Assembly: GCA_964016885.1 (NCBI GenBank)
Contig: OZ024749.1
Coordinates: 11,284,001 to 11,348,000, forward strand
DNA from: Eledone cirrhosa
Lineage: Eukaryota
Direction of reading: 5' to 3'
Length of the DNA: 64,000 nt
Position numbers and translations under genes: made by a program. Below the pieces are notes generated by a model. That model worked only from the letters and a program-made list of their open reading frames with translations, had not been told where the DNA came from and did not search any database. Numbering within the stretch: position 1 is the first letter of the stretch; every line of letters starts with the position of its first letter. This document shows, piece after piece, positions 24,820 to 40,500 of the stretch.

Positions 24820-27491
24820 AATGCATTTGAATGAGCTTGCAGACAGCATAACTATAGTTTGACCGCAGCTGTGAGCAGGTGTGCAGGAATATCCGGTAAT
24901 TGAGACATTAACCGGTAATTGAGATCCTAAAAATGGAAAAATCACAGTCGATTCGGTCAATGACACTTTGAGCGCCAGTTAGAATCTTATCTTTCCTTCA
25001 CCGATAACAATGTATTTCATGTCTGAAATTATTGACTCAACCGTAACGAGTTAACACTATGTAGATCTATTTTATTCCCGATTGTATAAATAATATTACA
25101 AATAAAAAAGAGAAAAGAAAAAACAGAAGCGAGTAGAACACACGTCTAGGACCACATACAACACATAATCAGGTAGTACACACATCTAGGACCACATACA
25201 ACACATAATCAGGTAGAACACACATCTAGGACCACATACAACACATAATCAGGTAGTACACACATCTAGGACCACATACAACACATAATCAGGTAGTACA
25301 CACATCTAGGACCACATACAACACATAATCAGGTAGTACACACATCTAGGACCACATACAACACATAATCAGGTAGTACACACATCTAGGACCACATACA
25401 ACACATAATCAGGTAGTACACACATCTAGGACCACATACAACACATAATCAGGTAGTACACACATCTAGGACCACATACAACACATAATCAGGTAGTACA
25501 CACATCTAGGACCACATACAACACATAATCAGGTAGAACACACATCTAGGACCACATACAACACATAATCAGGTAGTACACACATCTAGGACCACATACA
25601 ACACATAATCAGCTAGTACACACATCTAGGACCACATACAACACATAATCAGGTAGTACACACATCTAAGACCACATACAACACATAATCAGGTAGTACA
25701 CACATCTAGGACAACATACAACACATAATCAGGTAGTACACACATCTAGGACCACATACAACACATAATCAGGTAGTACACACATCTAGGACCACATACA
25801 ACACATAATAAGGTAGTACACACATCTAGGACCACATACAACACATAATCAGGTAGTACACACATCTAGGACCACATACAACACATAATCAGGTAGTACA
25901 CACATCTAGGACCACATACAACACATAATCAGGTAGTACACACATCTAGGACCACATACAACACATAATCAGGTAGTACACACATCTAGGACCACATACA
26001 ACACATAATCAGGTAGTACACACATCTAGGACCACATACAACACATAATCAGGTAGAACACACATCTAGGACCACATACAACACATAATCAGGTAGTACA
26101 CACATCTAGGACCACATACAACACATAATCAGCTAGTACACACATCTAGGACCACATACAACACATAATCAGGTAGTACACACATCTAAGACCACATACA
26201 ACACATAATCAGGTAGTACACACATCTAGGACAACATACAACACATAATCAGGTAGTACACACATCTAGGACCACATACAACACATAATCAGGTAGTACA
26301 CACATCTAGGACCACATACAACACATAATAAGGTAGTACACACATCTAGGACCACATACAACACATAATCAGGTAGTACACACATCTAGGACCACATACA
26401 ACACATAATCAGGTAGTACACACATCTAGGACCACATACAACACATAATTAGATAATACACACATCTAGGACCACATACAACACATAATCAGGTAGTACA
26501 CACATCTAGGACCACATACAACACATAATTAGATAATACACACATCTAGGACCACATACAACACATAATTAGATAATACACACATCTAGGACCACATACA
26601 ACACATAATTAGATAGTACACACATCTAGGACCACATACAACACATAATCAGGTAGTACACACATCTAGGACCACATACAACACATAATCAGGTAGTACA
26701 CACATCTAGGACCACATACAACACATAATCAGGTACTACACACATCTAGGACCACATACAACACATAATCAGGTAGTACACACATCTAGGACCACATACA
26801 ACACATAATCAGGTAGAACACACATCTAGGACCACATACAACACATAATCAGGTAGTACACACATCTAGGACCACATACAACACATAATCAGCTAGTACA
26901 CACATCTAGGACCACATACAACACATAATCAGCTAGTACACACATCTAGGACCACATACAACACATAATCAGGTAGTACACACATCTAAGACCACATACA
27001 ACACATAATCAGGTAGTACACACATCTAGGACAACATACAACACATAATCAGGTAGTACACACATCTAGGACCACATACAACACATAATCAGGTAGTACA
27101 CACATCTAGGACCACATACAACACATAATAAGGTAGTACACACATCTAGGACCACATACAACACATAATCAGGTAGTACACACATCTAGGACCACATACA
27201 ACACATAATCAGGTAGTACACACATCTAGGACCACATACAACACATAATTAGATAATACACACATCTAGGACCACATACAACACATAATCAGGTAGTACA
27301 CACATCTAGGACCACATACAACACATAATTAGATAATACACACATCTAGGACCACATACAACACATAATTAGATAATACACACATCTAGGACCACATACA
27401 ACACATAATTAGATAGTACACACATCTTTGGAATATTGTTAATCAATTTTTTAGTAATCTACTGATATAAAAATCAGTAGTATATTGAAAA
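24820..27491. repeat. Cassette 2: 325-bp unique segment, 57 x 40-bp repeat, hairpin segment
   Basis: Same as cassette 1 plus a 19-bp duplication (CCGGTAATTGAGACATTAA); 40-mers 25145-27424. Confidence 0.93.
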
Positions 27492-30069
27492 ATGGTTTAG
27501 ACTAGTTGTCATGGGTTACAATAGTTGTCATGGGTTAGACTAGTTGTCATGGCTTTGACTAGTTGTCATGGGTTAGACTAGTTGTCATGGGTTAGACTAG
27601 TTGTCATGAGCTAGACTAGTTGTCATGAGTTAGACTAGTTGTCATGGGTTAGACTAGTTGTCATGGGTTAGACTAGTTGTCATGGGTTAGACTAGTTGTC
27701 ATGGGTTAGACTAGTTGTCATGGGTTAGACTAGTTGTCATGGGTTAGACTAGTTGTCATGGGTTAGACTAGTTGTCATTGGTTAGACTAGTTGTCATGGG
27801 TTAGACTAGTTGTCATGGGTTAGACTAGTTGTCATGGGTTAGACTAGTTGTCATGGGTTAGACTAGTTGTCATGGGTTAGACTAGTTGTCATGGGTTAGA
27901 CTAGTTGTCATGGGTTAGACTAGTTGTCATGGGTTAGACTAGTTGTCATGGGTTAGACTAGTTGTCATGGGTTAGACTAGTTGTCATGGGTTAGACTAGT
28001 TGTCATGGGTTAGACTAGTTGTCATGGGTTAGACTAGTTGTCATAGGTTAGACTAGTTGTCATGGGTTAGACTAGTTGTCATAGGTTAGACTAGTTGTCA
28101 TGGGTTAGACTAGTTGTCATGGTTAGACTAGTTGTCATGGTTTAGACTAGTTGTCATAGGTTAGACTAGTTGTCATGGGTTAGACTAGTTGTCGTAAGTT
28201 AGACTAGTTGTCATGGTTTAGACTAGTTGTCATGGGTTACAATAGTTGTCATGGGTTACAATAGTTGTCATGGGTTACAATAGTTGTCATGGGTTAGACT
28301 AGTTGTCATGGGTTAGACTAGTTGTCATGGGTTAGACTACTTGTCATGGTTTAGACTAGTTGTCATAGGTTAGACTAGTTGTCATGGGTTAGACTAGTTG
28401 TCATGGTTAGACTAGTTGTCATGGGTTAGACTAGTTGTCATAGGTTAGACTAGTTGTCATGGGTTAGACTAGTTGTCATGGGTTAGACTAGTTGTCATGG
28501 GTTAGACTAGTTGTCATGGGTTAGACTAGTTGTCATGGGTTAGACTAGTTGTCATGGGTTAGACTAGTTGTCATGGGTTAGACTAGTTGTCATGGGTTAG
28601 ACTAGTTGTCATGGGTTAGACTAGTTGTCATGGGTTAGACTAGTTGTCATGGGTTAGACTAGTTGTCATGAGCTAGACTAGTTGTCATGAGTTAGACTAG
28701 TTGTCATAGGTTAGACTAGTTGTCATGGGTTAGACTAGTTGTCATGGGTTAGACTAGTTGTCATGGGTTAGACTAGTTGTCATGGGTTAGACTAGTTGTC
28801 ATAGGTTAGACTAGTTGTCATGGGTTAGACTAGTTGTCATGGTTAGACTAGTTGTCATGGTTTAGACTAGTTGTCATAGGTTAGACTAGTTGTCATGGGT
28901 TAGACTAGTTGTCGTAAGTTAGACTAGTTGTCATGGTTTAGACTAGTTGTCATGGGTTACAATAGTTGTCATGGGTTACAATAGTTGTCATGGGTTACAA
29001 TAGTTGTCATGGGTTAGACTAGTTGTCATGGGTTAGACTAGTTGTCATGGGTTAGACTACTTGTCATGGTTTAGACTAGTTGTCATAGGTTAGACTAGTT
29101 GTCATGGGTTAGACTAGTTGTCATGGTTAGACTAGTTGTCATGGGTTAGACTAGTTGTCATAGGTTAGACTAGTTGTCATGGGTTAGACTAGTTGTCATG
29201 GGTTAGACTAGTTGTCATGGGTTAGACTAGTTGTCATGGGTTAGACTAGTTGTCATGGGTTAGACTAGTTGTCATGGGTTAGACTAGTTGTCATGGGTTA
29301 GACTAGTTGTCATGGCTTAGACTAGTTGTCATGGCTTTGACTAGTTGTCATGGGTTAGACTAGTTGTCATAGGTTAGACTAGTTGTCATGGGTTAGACTA
29401 GTTGTCATGGGTTAGACTAGTTGTCATGGGTTAGACTAGTTGTCATGGGTTAGACTAGTTGTCATGGTTTAGACTAGTTGTCATAGGTTAGACTATTTGT
29501 CATGGGTTAGACTAGTTGTCATGGCTTTGACTAGTTGTCATGGCTTTGACTAGTTGTCATGGGTTAGACTAGTTGTCATAGGTTAGACTATTTGTCATGG
29601 GTTAGACTAGTTGTCATGGCTTTGACTAGTTGTCATGGCTTTGACTAGTTGTCATGGGTTAGACTAGTTGTCATGGTTTAGACTAGTTGTCATGGGTTAG
29701 ACTAGTTGTCATGGGTTAGACTAGTTGTCATGGGTTAGACTAGTTGTCATGGGTTAGACTAGTTGTCATAGGTTAGACTAGTTGTCATAGGTTAGACTAG
29801 TTGTCATAGGTTAGACTAGTTGTCATGGCTTAGACTAGTGGTCATGGGTTAGATTAGTTGTCATGGGTTAGACGAGTTGTCATAGGTTAGACTAGTTGTC
29901 ATAGGTTAGACTAGTTGTCATAGGTTAGACTAGTTGTCATGGGTTAGACTAGTGGTCATGGGTTAGATTAGTTGTCATGGGTTAGACTAGTGGTCATGGG
30001 TTAGACTAGTGGTCATGGGTTAGACTAGTTGTAATGGGTTAGACGAGTTGTCATGGGTTAGACTAGTTG

Positions 30070-31581
30070 AATGCATTTGAATGAGCTTGCAGACAGCATA
30101 ACTATAGTTTGACCGCAGCTGTGAGCAGGTGTGCAGGAATATCCGGTAATTGAGACATTAACCGGTAATTGAGATCCTAAAAATGGAAAAATCACAGTCG
30201 ATTCGGTCAATGACACTTTGAGCGCCAGTTAGAATCTTATCTTTCCTTCACCGATAACAATGTATTTCATGTCTGAAATTATTGACTCAACCGTAACGAG
30301 TTAACACTATGTAGATCTATTTTATTCCCGATTGTATAAATAATATTACAAATAAAAAAGAGAAAAGAAAAAACAGAAGCGAGTAGAACACACGTCTAGG
30401 ACCACATACAACACATAATCAGGTAGTACACACATCTAGGACCACATACAACACATAATCAGGTAGAACACACATCTAGGACCACATACAACACATAATC
30501 AGGTAGTACACACATCTAGGACCACATACAACACATAATCAGGTAGTACACACATCTAGGACCACATACAACACATAATCAGGTAGTACACACATCTAGG
30601 ACCACATACAACACATAATCAGGTAGTACACACATCTAGGACCACATACAACACATAATCAGGTAGTACACACATCTAGGACCACATACAACACATAATC
30701 AGGTAGTACACACATCTAGGACCACATACAACACATAATCAGGTAGTACACACATCTAGGACCACATACAACACATAATCAGGTAGAACACACATCTAGG
30801 ACCACATACAACACATAATCAGGTAGTACACACATCTAGGACCACATACAACACATAATCAGCTAGTACACACATCTAGGACCACATACAACACATAATC
30901 AGGTAGTACACACATCTAAGACCACATACAACACATAATCAGGTAGTACACACATCTAGGACAACATACAACACATAATCAGGTAGTACACACATCTAGG
31001 ACCACATACAACACATAATCAGGTAGTACACACATCTAGGACCACATACAACACATAATAAGGTAGTACACACATCTAGGACCACATACAACACATAATC
31101 AGGTAGTACACACATCTAGGACCACATACAACACATAATCAGGTAGTACACACATCTAGGACCACATACAACACATAATTAGATAATACACACATCTAGG
31201 ACCACATACAACACATAATCAGGTAGTACACACATCTAGGACCACATACAACACATAATTAGATAATACACACATCTAGGACCACATACAACACATAATC
31301 AGGTAGTACACACATCTAGGACCACATACAACACATAATTAGATAATACACACATCTAGGACCACATACAACACATAATTAGATAATACACACATCTAGG
31401 ACCACATACAACACATAATTAGATAGTACACACATCTAGGACCACATACAACACATAATTAGATAATACACACATCTAGGACCACATACAACACATAATT
31501 AGATAGTACACACATCTTTGGAATATTGTTAATCAATTTTTTAGTAATCTACTGATATAAAAATCAGTAGTATATTGAAAA
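30070..31581. repeat. Cassette 3: 325-bp unique segment, 28 x 40-bp repeat, hairpin segment
   Basis: Ends identical to cassette 2; 40-mers 30395-31514. Confidence 0.93.
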
Positions 31582-34500
31582 ATGGTTTAGACTAGTTGTC
31601 ATGGGTTACAATAGTTGTCATGGGTTAAACTAGTTGTCATGGCTTTGACTAGTTGTCATGGGTTAGACTAGTTGTCATGGGTTAGACTAGTTGTCATGAG
31701 TTAGACTAGTTGTCATTGGTTAGACTAGTTGTCATGGGTTAGACTAGTTGTCATGGGTTAGACTAGTTGTCATGGGTTAGACTAGTTGTCATGGGTTAGA
31801 CTAGTTGTCATGGGTTAGACTAGTTGTCATGAGCTAGACTAGTTGTCATGAGTTAGACTAGTTGTCATAGGTTAGACTAGTTGTCATGGGTTAGACTAGT
31901 TGTCATGGGTTAGACTAGTTGTCATGGTTAGACTAGTTGTCATGGCTTAGACTAGTTGTCATGGCTTAGACTAGTTGTCATGGGTTAGACTAGTTGTCAT
32001 AGGTTAGACTAGTTGTCATGGGTTAGACTAGTTGTCATGGTTAGACTAGTTGTCATGGTTTAGACTAGTTGTCATAGGTTAGACTAGTTGTCATGGGTTA
32101 GACTAGTTGTCATGGGTTAGACTAGTTGTCATGGGTTACAATAGTTGTCATGGGTTACAATAGTTGTCATGGGTTACAATAGTTGTCATGGGTTAGACTA
32201 GTTGTCATGGTTAGACTAGTTGTCATGGTTTAGACTAGTTGTCATAGGTTAGACTAGTTGTCGTAAGTTAGACTAGTTGTCATGGTTTAGACTAGTTGTC
32301 ATGGGTTACAATAGTTGTCATGGGTTACAATAGTTGTCATGGGTTACAATAGTTGTCATGGGTTAGACTAGTTGTCATGGTTTAGACTAGTTGTCATAGG
32401 TTAGACTAGTTGTCATGGGTTAGACTAGTTGTCATGGTTAGACTAGTTGTCATGGGTTAGACTAGTTGTCATAGGTTAGACTAGTTGTCATGGGTTAGAC
32501 TAGTTGTCATAGGTTAGACTAGTTGTCATGTGTTAGACTAGTTGTCATGGGTTAGACTAGTTGTCATAGGTTAGACTAGTTGTCATGTGTTAGACTAGTT
32601 GTCATGGGTTAGACTAGTTGTCATGGGTTAGACTAGTTGTCATGGTTTAGACTAGTTGTCATTGGTTAGACTAGTTGTCATGGCTTAGACTAGTTGTCAT
32701 GGCTTTGACTAGTTGTCATGGCTTTGACTAGTTGTCATGGGTTAGACTAGTTATCATGGGTTAGACTAGTTGTCATGGGTTAGACTAGTTGTCATGGGTT
32801 AGACTAGTTGTCATGGTTTAGACTAGTTGTCATGGTTTAGACTAGTTGTCATGGGTTTGACTAGTTGTCATGGGTTAGACTAGTTGTCATGGGTTACAAT
32901 AGTTGTCATGGGTTACAATAGTTGTCATGGGTTAGACTAGTTGTCATGGGTTACAATAGTTGTCATGGGTTACAATAGTTATCATAGGTTAGACTAGTTG
33001 TCATGGGTTAGACTAGTTGTCATAGGTTAGACTAGTTGTCATGGGTTAGACTAGTTATCATGGGTTACAATAGTTGTCATGGGTTACAATAGTTGTCATG
33101 GGTTACAATAGTTGTCATAGGTTAGACTAGTTGTCATAGGTTAGACTAGTTGTCATGGGTTAGACTAGTTGTCATGGCTTTGACTAGTTGTCATGGGTTA
33201 GACTAGTTGTCATGGCTTTGACTAGTTGTCATGGGTTAGACTAGTTGTCATGGGTTAGACTAGTTGTCATGAGTTAGACTAGTTGTCATTGGTTAGACTA
33301 GTTGTCATGGGTTAGACTAGTTGTCATGGGTTAGACTAGTTGTCATGGGTTAGACTAGTTGTCATGGGTTAGACTAGTTGTCATGGGTTAGACTAGTTGT
33401 CATGAGCTAGACTAGTTGTCATGAGTTAGACTAGTTGTCATAGGTTAGACTAGTTGTCATGGGTTAGACTAGTTGTCATGGTTAGACTAGTTGTCATGGC
33501 TTAGACTAGTTGTCATGGCTTAGACTAGTTGTCATGGGTTAGACTAGTTGTCATAGGTTAGACTAGTTGTCATGGGTTAGACTAGTTGTCATGGTTAGAC
33601 TAGTTGTCATGGTTTAGACTAGTTGTCATAGGTTAGACTAGTTGTCATGGGTTAGACTAGTTGTCATGGGTTAGACTAGTTGTCGTAAGTTAGACTAGTT
33701 GTCATGGTTTAGACTAGTTGTCATGGGTTACAATAGTTGTCATGGGTTACAATAGTTGTCATGGGTTACAATAGTTGTCATGGGTTAGACTAGTTGTCAT
33801 GGGTTAGACTAGTTGTCATGGGTTAGACTAGTTGTCATGGTTTAGACTAGTTGTCATAGGTTAGACTAGTTGTCATGGGTTAGACTAGTTGTCATGGTTA
33901 GACTAGTTGTCATGGGTTAGACTAGTTGTCATAGGTTAGACTAGTTGTCATGGGTTAGACTAGTTGTCATAGGTTAGACTAGCTGTCATGGGTTAGACTA
34001 GTTGTCATGTGTTAGACTAGTTGTCATGGCTTAGACTAGTTGTCATGGGTTAGAATAGTTGTCATGGGTTAGACTAGTTGTCATGGTTTAGACTAGTTGT
34101 CATTGGTTAGACTAGTTGTCATGGCTTAGACTAGTTGTCATGGCTTTGACTAGTTGTCATGGCTTTGACTAGTTGTCATGGGTTAGACTAGTTGTCATAG
34201 GTTAGACTAGTTGTCATGGGTTAGACTAGTTGTCATGGGTTAGACTAGTTGTCATGGTTAGACTAGTTGTCATGGCTTTGACTAGTTGTCATGGGTTAGA
34301 CTAGTTGTCATGAGCTAGACTAGTTGTCATAGGTTAGACTAGTTGTCATGGGTTAGACTAGTTGTCATGGGTTAGACTAGTTGTCATAGGTTAGACTAGT
34401 TGTCATGGGTTAGACTAGTTGTCATGGGTTAGACTAGTTGTCATGGTTAGACTAGTTGTCATGGCTTAGACTAGTTGTCATGGCTTAGACTAGTTGTCAT

Positions 34501-37500
34501 GGGTTAGACTAGTTGTCATGAGCTAGACTAGTTGTCATAGGTTAGACTAGTTGTCATGGTTTAGACTAGTTGTCATGGGTTAGACTAGTTGTCATAGGTT
34601 AGACTAGTTGTCATGGGTTAGACTAGTTGTCATGGGTTAGACTAGTTGTCATGGTTAGACTAGTTGTCATGGCTTAGACTAGTTGTCATGGCTTAGACTA
34701 GTTGTCATGGGTTAGACTAGTTGTCATAGGTTAGACTAGTTGTCATGGGTTAGACTAGTTGTCATGGTTAGACTAGTTGTCATGGTTTAGACTAGTTGTC
34801 ATAGGTTAGACTAGTTGTCATGGGTTAGACTAGTTGTCATGGGTTAGACTAGTTGTCGTAAGTTAGACTAGTTGTCATGGTTTAGACTAGTTGTCATGGG
34901 TTACAATAGTTGTCATGGGTTACAATAGTTGTCATGGGTTACAATAGTTGTCATGGGTTAGACTAGTTGTCATGGGTTAGACTAGTTGTCATGGGTTAGA
35001 CTAGTTGTCATGGTTTAGACTAGTTGTCATAGGTTAGACTAGTTGTCATGGGTTAGACTAGTTGTCATGGTTAGACTAGTTGTCATGGGTTAGACTAGTT
35101 GTCATAGGTTAGACTAGTTGTCATGGGTTAGACTAGTTGTCATGGTTAGACTAGTTGTCATGGGTTAGACTAGTTGTCATAGGTTAGACTAGTTGTCATG
35201 GGTTAGACTAGTTGTCATAGGTTAGACTAGCTGTCATGGGTTAGACTAGTTGTCATGTGTTAGACTAGTTGTCATGGCTTAGACTAGTTGTCATGGGTTA
35301 GAATAGTTGTCATGGGTTAGACTAGTTGTCATGGTTTAGACTAGTTGTCATTGGTTAGACTAGTTGTCATGGCTTAGACTAGTTGTCATGGCTTTGACTA
35401 GTTGTCATGGCTTTGACTAGTTGTCATGGGTTAGACTAGTTGTCATAGGTTAGACTAGTTGTCATGGGTTAGACTAGTTGTCATGGGTTAGACTAGTTGT
35501 CATGGGTTAGACTAGTTGTCATGGTTTAGACTAGTTGTCATGGTTTAGACTAGTTGTCATGGGTTTGACTAGTTGTCATGGGTTAGACTAGTTGTCATGG
35601 GTTACAATAGTTGTCATGGGTTACAATAGTTGTCATGGGTTAGACTAGTTGTCATGGGTTACAATAGTTGTCATGGGTTACAATAGTTATCATAGGTTAG
35701 ACTAGTTGTCATGGGTTAGACTAGTTGTCATAGGTTAGACTAGTTGTCATGGGTTAGACTAGTTATCATGGGTTACAATAGTTGTCATGGGTTACAATAG
35801 TTGTCATGGGTTACAATAGTTGTCATAGGTTAGACTAGTTGTCATAGGTTAGACTAGTTGTCATGGGTTAGACTAGTTGTCATGGCTTTGACTAGTTGTC
35901 ATGGGTTAGACTAGTTGTCATGGGTTAGACTAGTTGTCATGGGTTAGACTAGTTGTCATAGGTTAGACTAGTTGTCATGGGTTAGACTAGTTGTCATGAG
36001 TTAGACTAGTTGTCATGAGTTAGACTAGTTGTCAAGGATTAGACTAGTTGTCATGGGTTAGACTAGTTGTCATGGGTTAGACTAGTTGTCGTAAGTTAGA
36101 CTAGTTGTCATGGTTTAGACTAGTTGTCATGGGTTACAATAGTTGTCATGGGTTACAATAGTTGTCATGGGTTACAATAGTTGTCATGGGTTAGACTAGT
36201 TGTCATGGGTTAGACTAGTTGTCATGGGTTAGACTAGTTGTCATGGTTTAGACTAGTTGTCATAGGTTAGACTAGTTGTCATGGGTTAGACTAGTTGTCA
36301 TGGTTAGACTAGTTGTCATGGGTTAGACTAGTTGTCATAGGTTAGACTAGTTGTCATGGGTTAGACTAGTTGTCATAGGTTAGACTAGTTGTCATGTGTT
36401 AGACTAGTTGTCATGGCTTAGACTAGTTGTCATGGGTTAGAATAGTTGTCATGGGTTAGACTAGTTGTCATGGTTTAGACTAGTTGTCATTGGTTAGACT
36501 AGTTGTCATGGCTTAGACTAGTTGTCATGGCTTTGACTAGTTGTCATGGCTTTGACTAGTTGTCATGGGTTAGACTAGTTGTCATAGGTTAGACTAGTTG
36601 TCATGGGTTAGACTAGTTGTCATGGGTTAGACTAGTTGTCATGGGTTAGACTAGTTGTCATGGTTTAGACTAGTTGTCATGGTTTAGACTAGTTGTCATG
36701 GGTTTGACTAGTTGTCATGGGTTAGACTAGTTGTCATGGGTTACAATAGTTGTCATGGGTTACAATAGTTGTCATGGGTTAGACTAGTTGTCATGGGTTA
36801 CAATAGTTGTCATGGGTTACAATAGTTATCATAGGTTAGACTAGTTGTCATGGGTTAGACTAGTTGTCATAGGTTAGACTAGTTGTCATGGGTTAGACTA
36901 GTTATCATGGGTTACAATAGTTGTCATGGGTTACAATAGTTGTCATGGGTTACAATAGTTGTCATAGGTTAGACTAGTTGTCATAGGTTAGACTAGTTGT
37001 CATGGGTTAGACTAGTTGTCATGGCTTTGACTAGTTGTCATGGGTTAGACTAGTTGTCATGGCTTTGACTAGTTGTCATGGGTTAGACTAGTTGTCATGG
37101 GTTAGACTAGTTGTCATGAGTTAGACTAGTTGTCATAGGTTAGACTAGTTGTCATGGGTTAGACTAGTTGTCATGAGTTAGACTAGTTGTCATGAGTTAG
37201 ACTAGTTGTCAAGGATTAGACTAGTTGTCATGGGTTAGACTAGTTGTCATGGGTTAGACTAGTTGTCGTAAGTTAGACTAGTTGTCATGGTTTAGACTAG
37301 TTGTCATGGGTTACAATAGTTGTCATGGGTTACAATAGTTGTCATGGGTTACAATAGTTGTCATGGGTTAGACTAGTTGTCATGGGTTAGACTAGTTGTC
37401 ATGGGTTAGACTAGTTGTCATGGTTTAGACTAGTTGTCATAGGTTAGACTAGTTGTCATGGGTTAGACTAGTTGTCATGGTTAGACTAGTTGTCATGGGT

Positions 37501-40500
37501 TAGACTAGTTGTCATAGGTTAGACTAGTTGTCATGGGTTAGACTAGTTGTCATAGGTTAGACTAGTTGTCATGTGTTAGACTAGTTGTCATGGCTTAGAC
37601 TAGTTGTCATGGGTTAGAATAGTTGTCATGGGTTAGACTAGTTGTCATGGTTTAGACTAGTTGTCATTGGTTAGACTAGTTGTCATGGCTTAGACTAGTT
37701 GTCATGGCTTTGACTAGTTGTCATGGCTTTGACTAGTTGTCATGGGTTAGACTAGTTGTCATAGGTTAGACTAGTTGTCATGGGTTAGACTAGTTGTCAT
37801 GGGTTAGACTAGTTGTCATGGGTTAGACTAGTTGTCATGGTTTAGACTAGTTGTCATGGTTTAGACTAGTTGTCATGGGTTTGACTAGTTGTCATGGGTT
37901 AGACTAGTTGTCATGGGTTACAATAGTTGTCATGGGTTACAATAGTTGTCATGGGTTAGACTAGTTGTCATGGGTTACAATAGTTGTCATGGGTTACAAT
38001 AGTTATCATAGGTTAGACTAGTTGTCATGGGTTAGACTAGTTGTCATAGGTTAGACTAGTTGTCATGGGTTAGACTAGTTATCATGGGTTACAATAGTTG
38101 TCATGGGTTACAATAGTTGTCATGGGTTACAATAGTTGTCATAGGTTAGACTAGTTGTCATAGGTTAGACTAGTTGTCATGGGTTAGACTAGTTGTCATG
38201 GCTTTGACTAGTTGTCATGGGTTAGACTAGTTGTCATGGCTTTGACTAGTTGTCATGGGTTAGACTAGTTGTCATGGGTTAGACTAGTTGTCATGAGTTA
38301 GACTAGTTGTCATTGGTTAGACTAGTTGTCATAGGTTAGACTAGTTGTCATGGGTTAGACTAGTTGTCATGGGTTAGACTAGTTGTCATGGTTAGACTAG
38401 TTGTCATGAGTTAGACTAGTTGTCATGAGTTAGACTAGTTGTCATAGGTTAGACTAGTTGTCATGGGTTAGACTAGTTGTCATGGGTTAGACTAGTTGTC
38501 ATGGTTAGACTAGTTGTCATGGCTTAGACTAGTTGTCATGGCTTAGACTAGTTGTCATGGGTTAGACTAGTTGTCATGGCTTAGACTAGTTGTCATAGGT
38601 TAGACTAGTTGTCATGGTTAGACTAGTTGTCATGGTTTAGACTAGTTGTCATAGGTTAGACTAGTTGTCATGGGTTAGACTAGTTGTCATGGGTTAGACT
38701 AGTTGTCGTAAGTTAGACTAGTTGTCATGGTTTAGACTAGTTGTCATGGGTTACAATAGTTGTCATGGGTTACAATAGTTGTCATGGGTTACAATAGTTG
38801 TCATGGGTTAGACTAGTTGTCATGGGTTAGACTAGTTGTCATGGTTAGACTAGTTGTCATGGGTTAGACTAGTTGTCATAGGTTAGACTAGTTGTCATGG
38901 TTAGACTAGTTGTCATGGGTTAGACTAGTTGTCATGGTTAGACTAGTTGTCATGGGTTAGACTAGTTGTCATAGGTTAGACTAGTTGTCATAGGTTAGAC
39001 TAGTTGTCATGGGTTAGACTAGTTGTCATGGTTAGACTAGTTGTCATGGGTTAGACTAGTTGTCATAGGTTAGACTAGTTGTCATAGGTTAGACTAGTTG
39101 TCATGGGTTAGACTAGTTGTCATGGGTTAGACTAGTTGTCATGGGTTAGACTAGTTGTCATGGGTTAGACTAGTTGTCATGAGTTAGACTAGTTGTCATG
39201 GGTTAGACTAGTTGTCATGGGTTAGACTAGTTGTCATTGGTTAGACTAGTTGTCATGGGTTAGACTAGTTGTCATGGGTTAGACTAGTTGTCATGGGTTA
39301 GACTAGTTGTCATGAGCTAGACTAGTTGTCATGAGTTAGACTAGTTGTCATAGGTTAGACTAGTTGTCATGTGTTAGACTAGTTGTCATGAGTTAGACTA
39401 GTTGTCATGGGTTAGACTAGTTGTCATGAGTTAGACTAGTTGTCATGGGTTAGACTAGTTGTCATGGGTTAGACTAGTTGTCATGGGTTAGACTAGTTGT
39501 CATGGGTTAGACTAGTTGTCATGAGTTAGACTAGTTGTCATTGGTTAGACTAGTTGTCATAGGTTAGACTAGTTGTCATGGGTTAGACTAGTTGTCATGG
39601 GTTAGACTAGTTGTCATGGGTTAGACTAGTTGTCATGGGTTAGACTAGTTGTCATGAGTTAGACTAGTTGTCATTGGTTAGACTAGTTGTCATGGGTTAG
39701 ACTAGTTGTCATGGGTTAGACTAGTTGTCATGGGTTAGACTAGTTGTCATGGGTTAGACTAGTTGTCATGGGTTAGACTAGTTGTCATGAGCTAGACTAG
39801 TTGTCATGAGTTAGACTAGTTGTCATAGGTTAGACTAGTTGTCATGGGTTAGACTAGTTGTCATGGGTTAGACTAGTTGTCATGGTTAGACTAGTTGTCA
39901 TGGCTTAGACTAGTTGTCATGGCTTAGACTAGTTGTCATGGGTTAGACTAGTTGTCATAGGTTAGACTAGTTGTCATGGGTTAGACTAGTTGTCATGGTT
40001 AGACTAGTTGTCATGGTTTAGACTAGTTGTCATAGGTTAGACTAGTTGTCATGGGTTAGACTAGTTGTCATGGGTTAGACTAGTTGTCGTAAGTTAGACT
40101 AGTTGTCATGGTTTAGACTAGTTGTCATGGGTTACAATAGTTGTCATGGGTTACAATAGTTGTCATGGGTTACAATAGTTGTCATGGGTTAGACTAGTTG
40201 TCATGGGTTAGACTAGTTGTCATGGGTTAGACTAGTTGTCATGGTTTAGACTAGTTGTCATAGGTTAGACTAGTTGTCATGGGTTAGACTAGTTGTCATG
40301 GTTAGACTAGTTGTCATGGGTTAGACTAGTTGTCATAGGTTAGACTAGTTGTCATGGGTTAGACTAGTTGTCATGTGTTAGACTAGTTGTCATGGCTTAG
40401 ACTAGTTGTCATGGCTTAGACTAGTTGTCATTGGTTAGACTAGTGGTCATGGGTTAGACTAGTTGTCATGGGTTAGACTAGTTGTCATAGGTTAGACTAG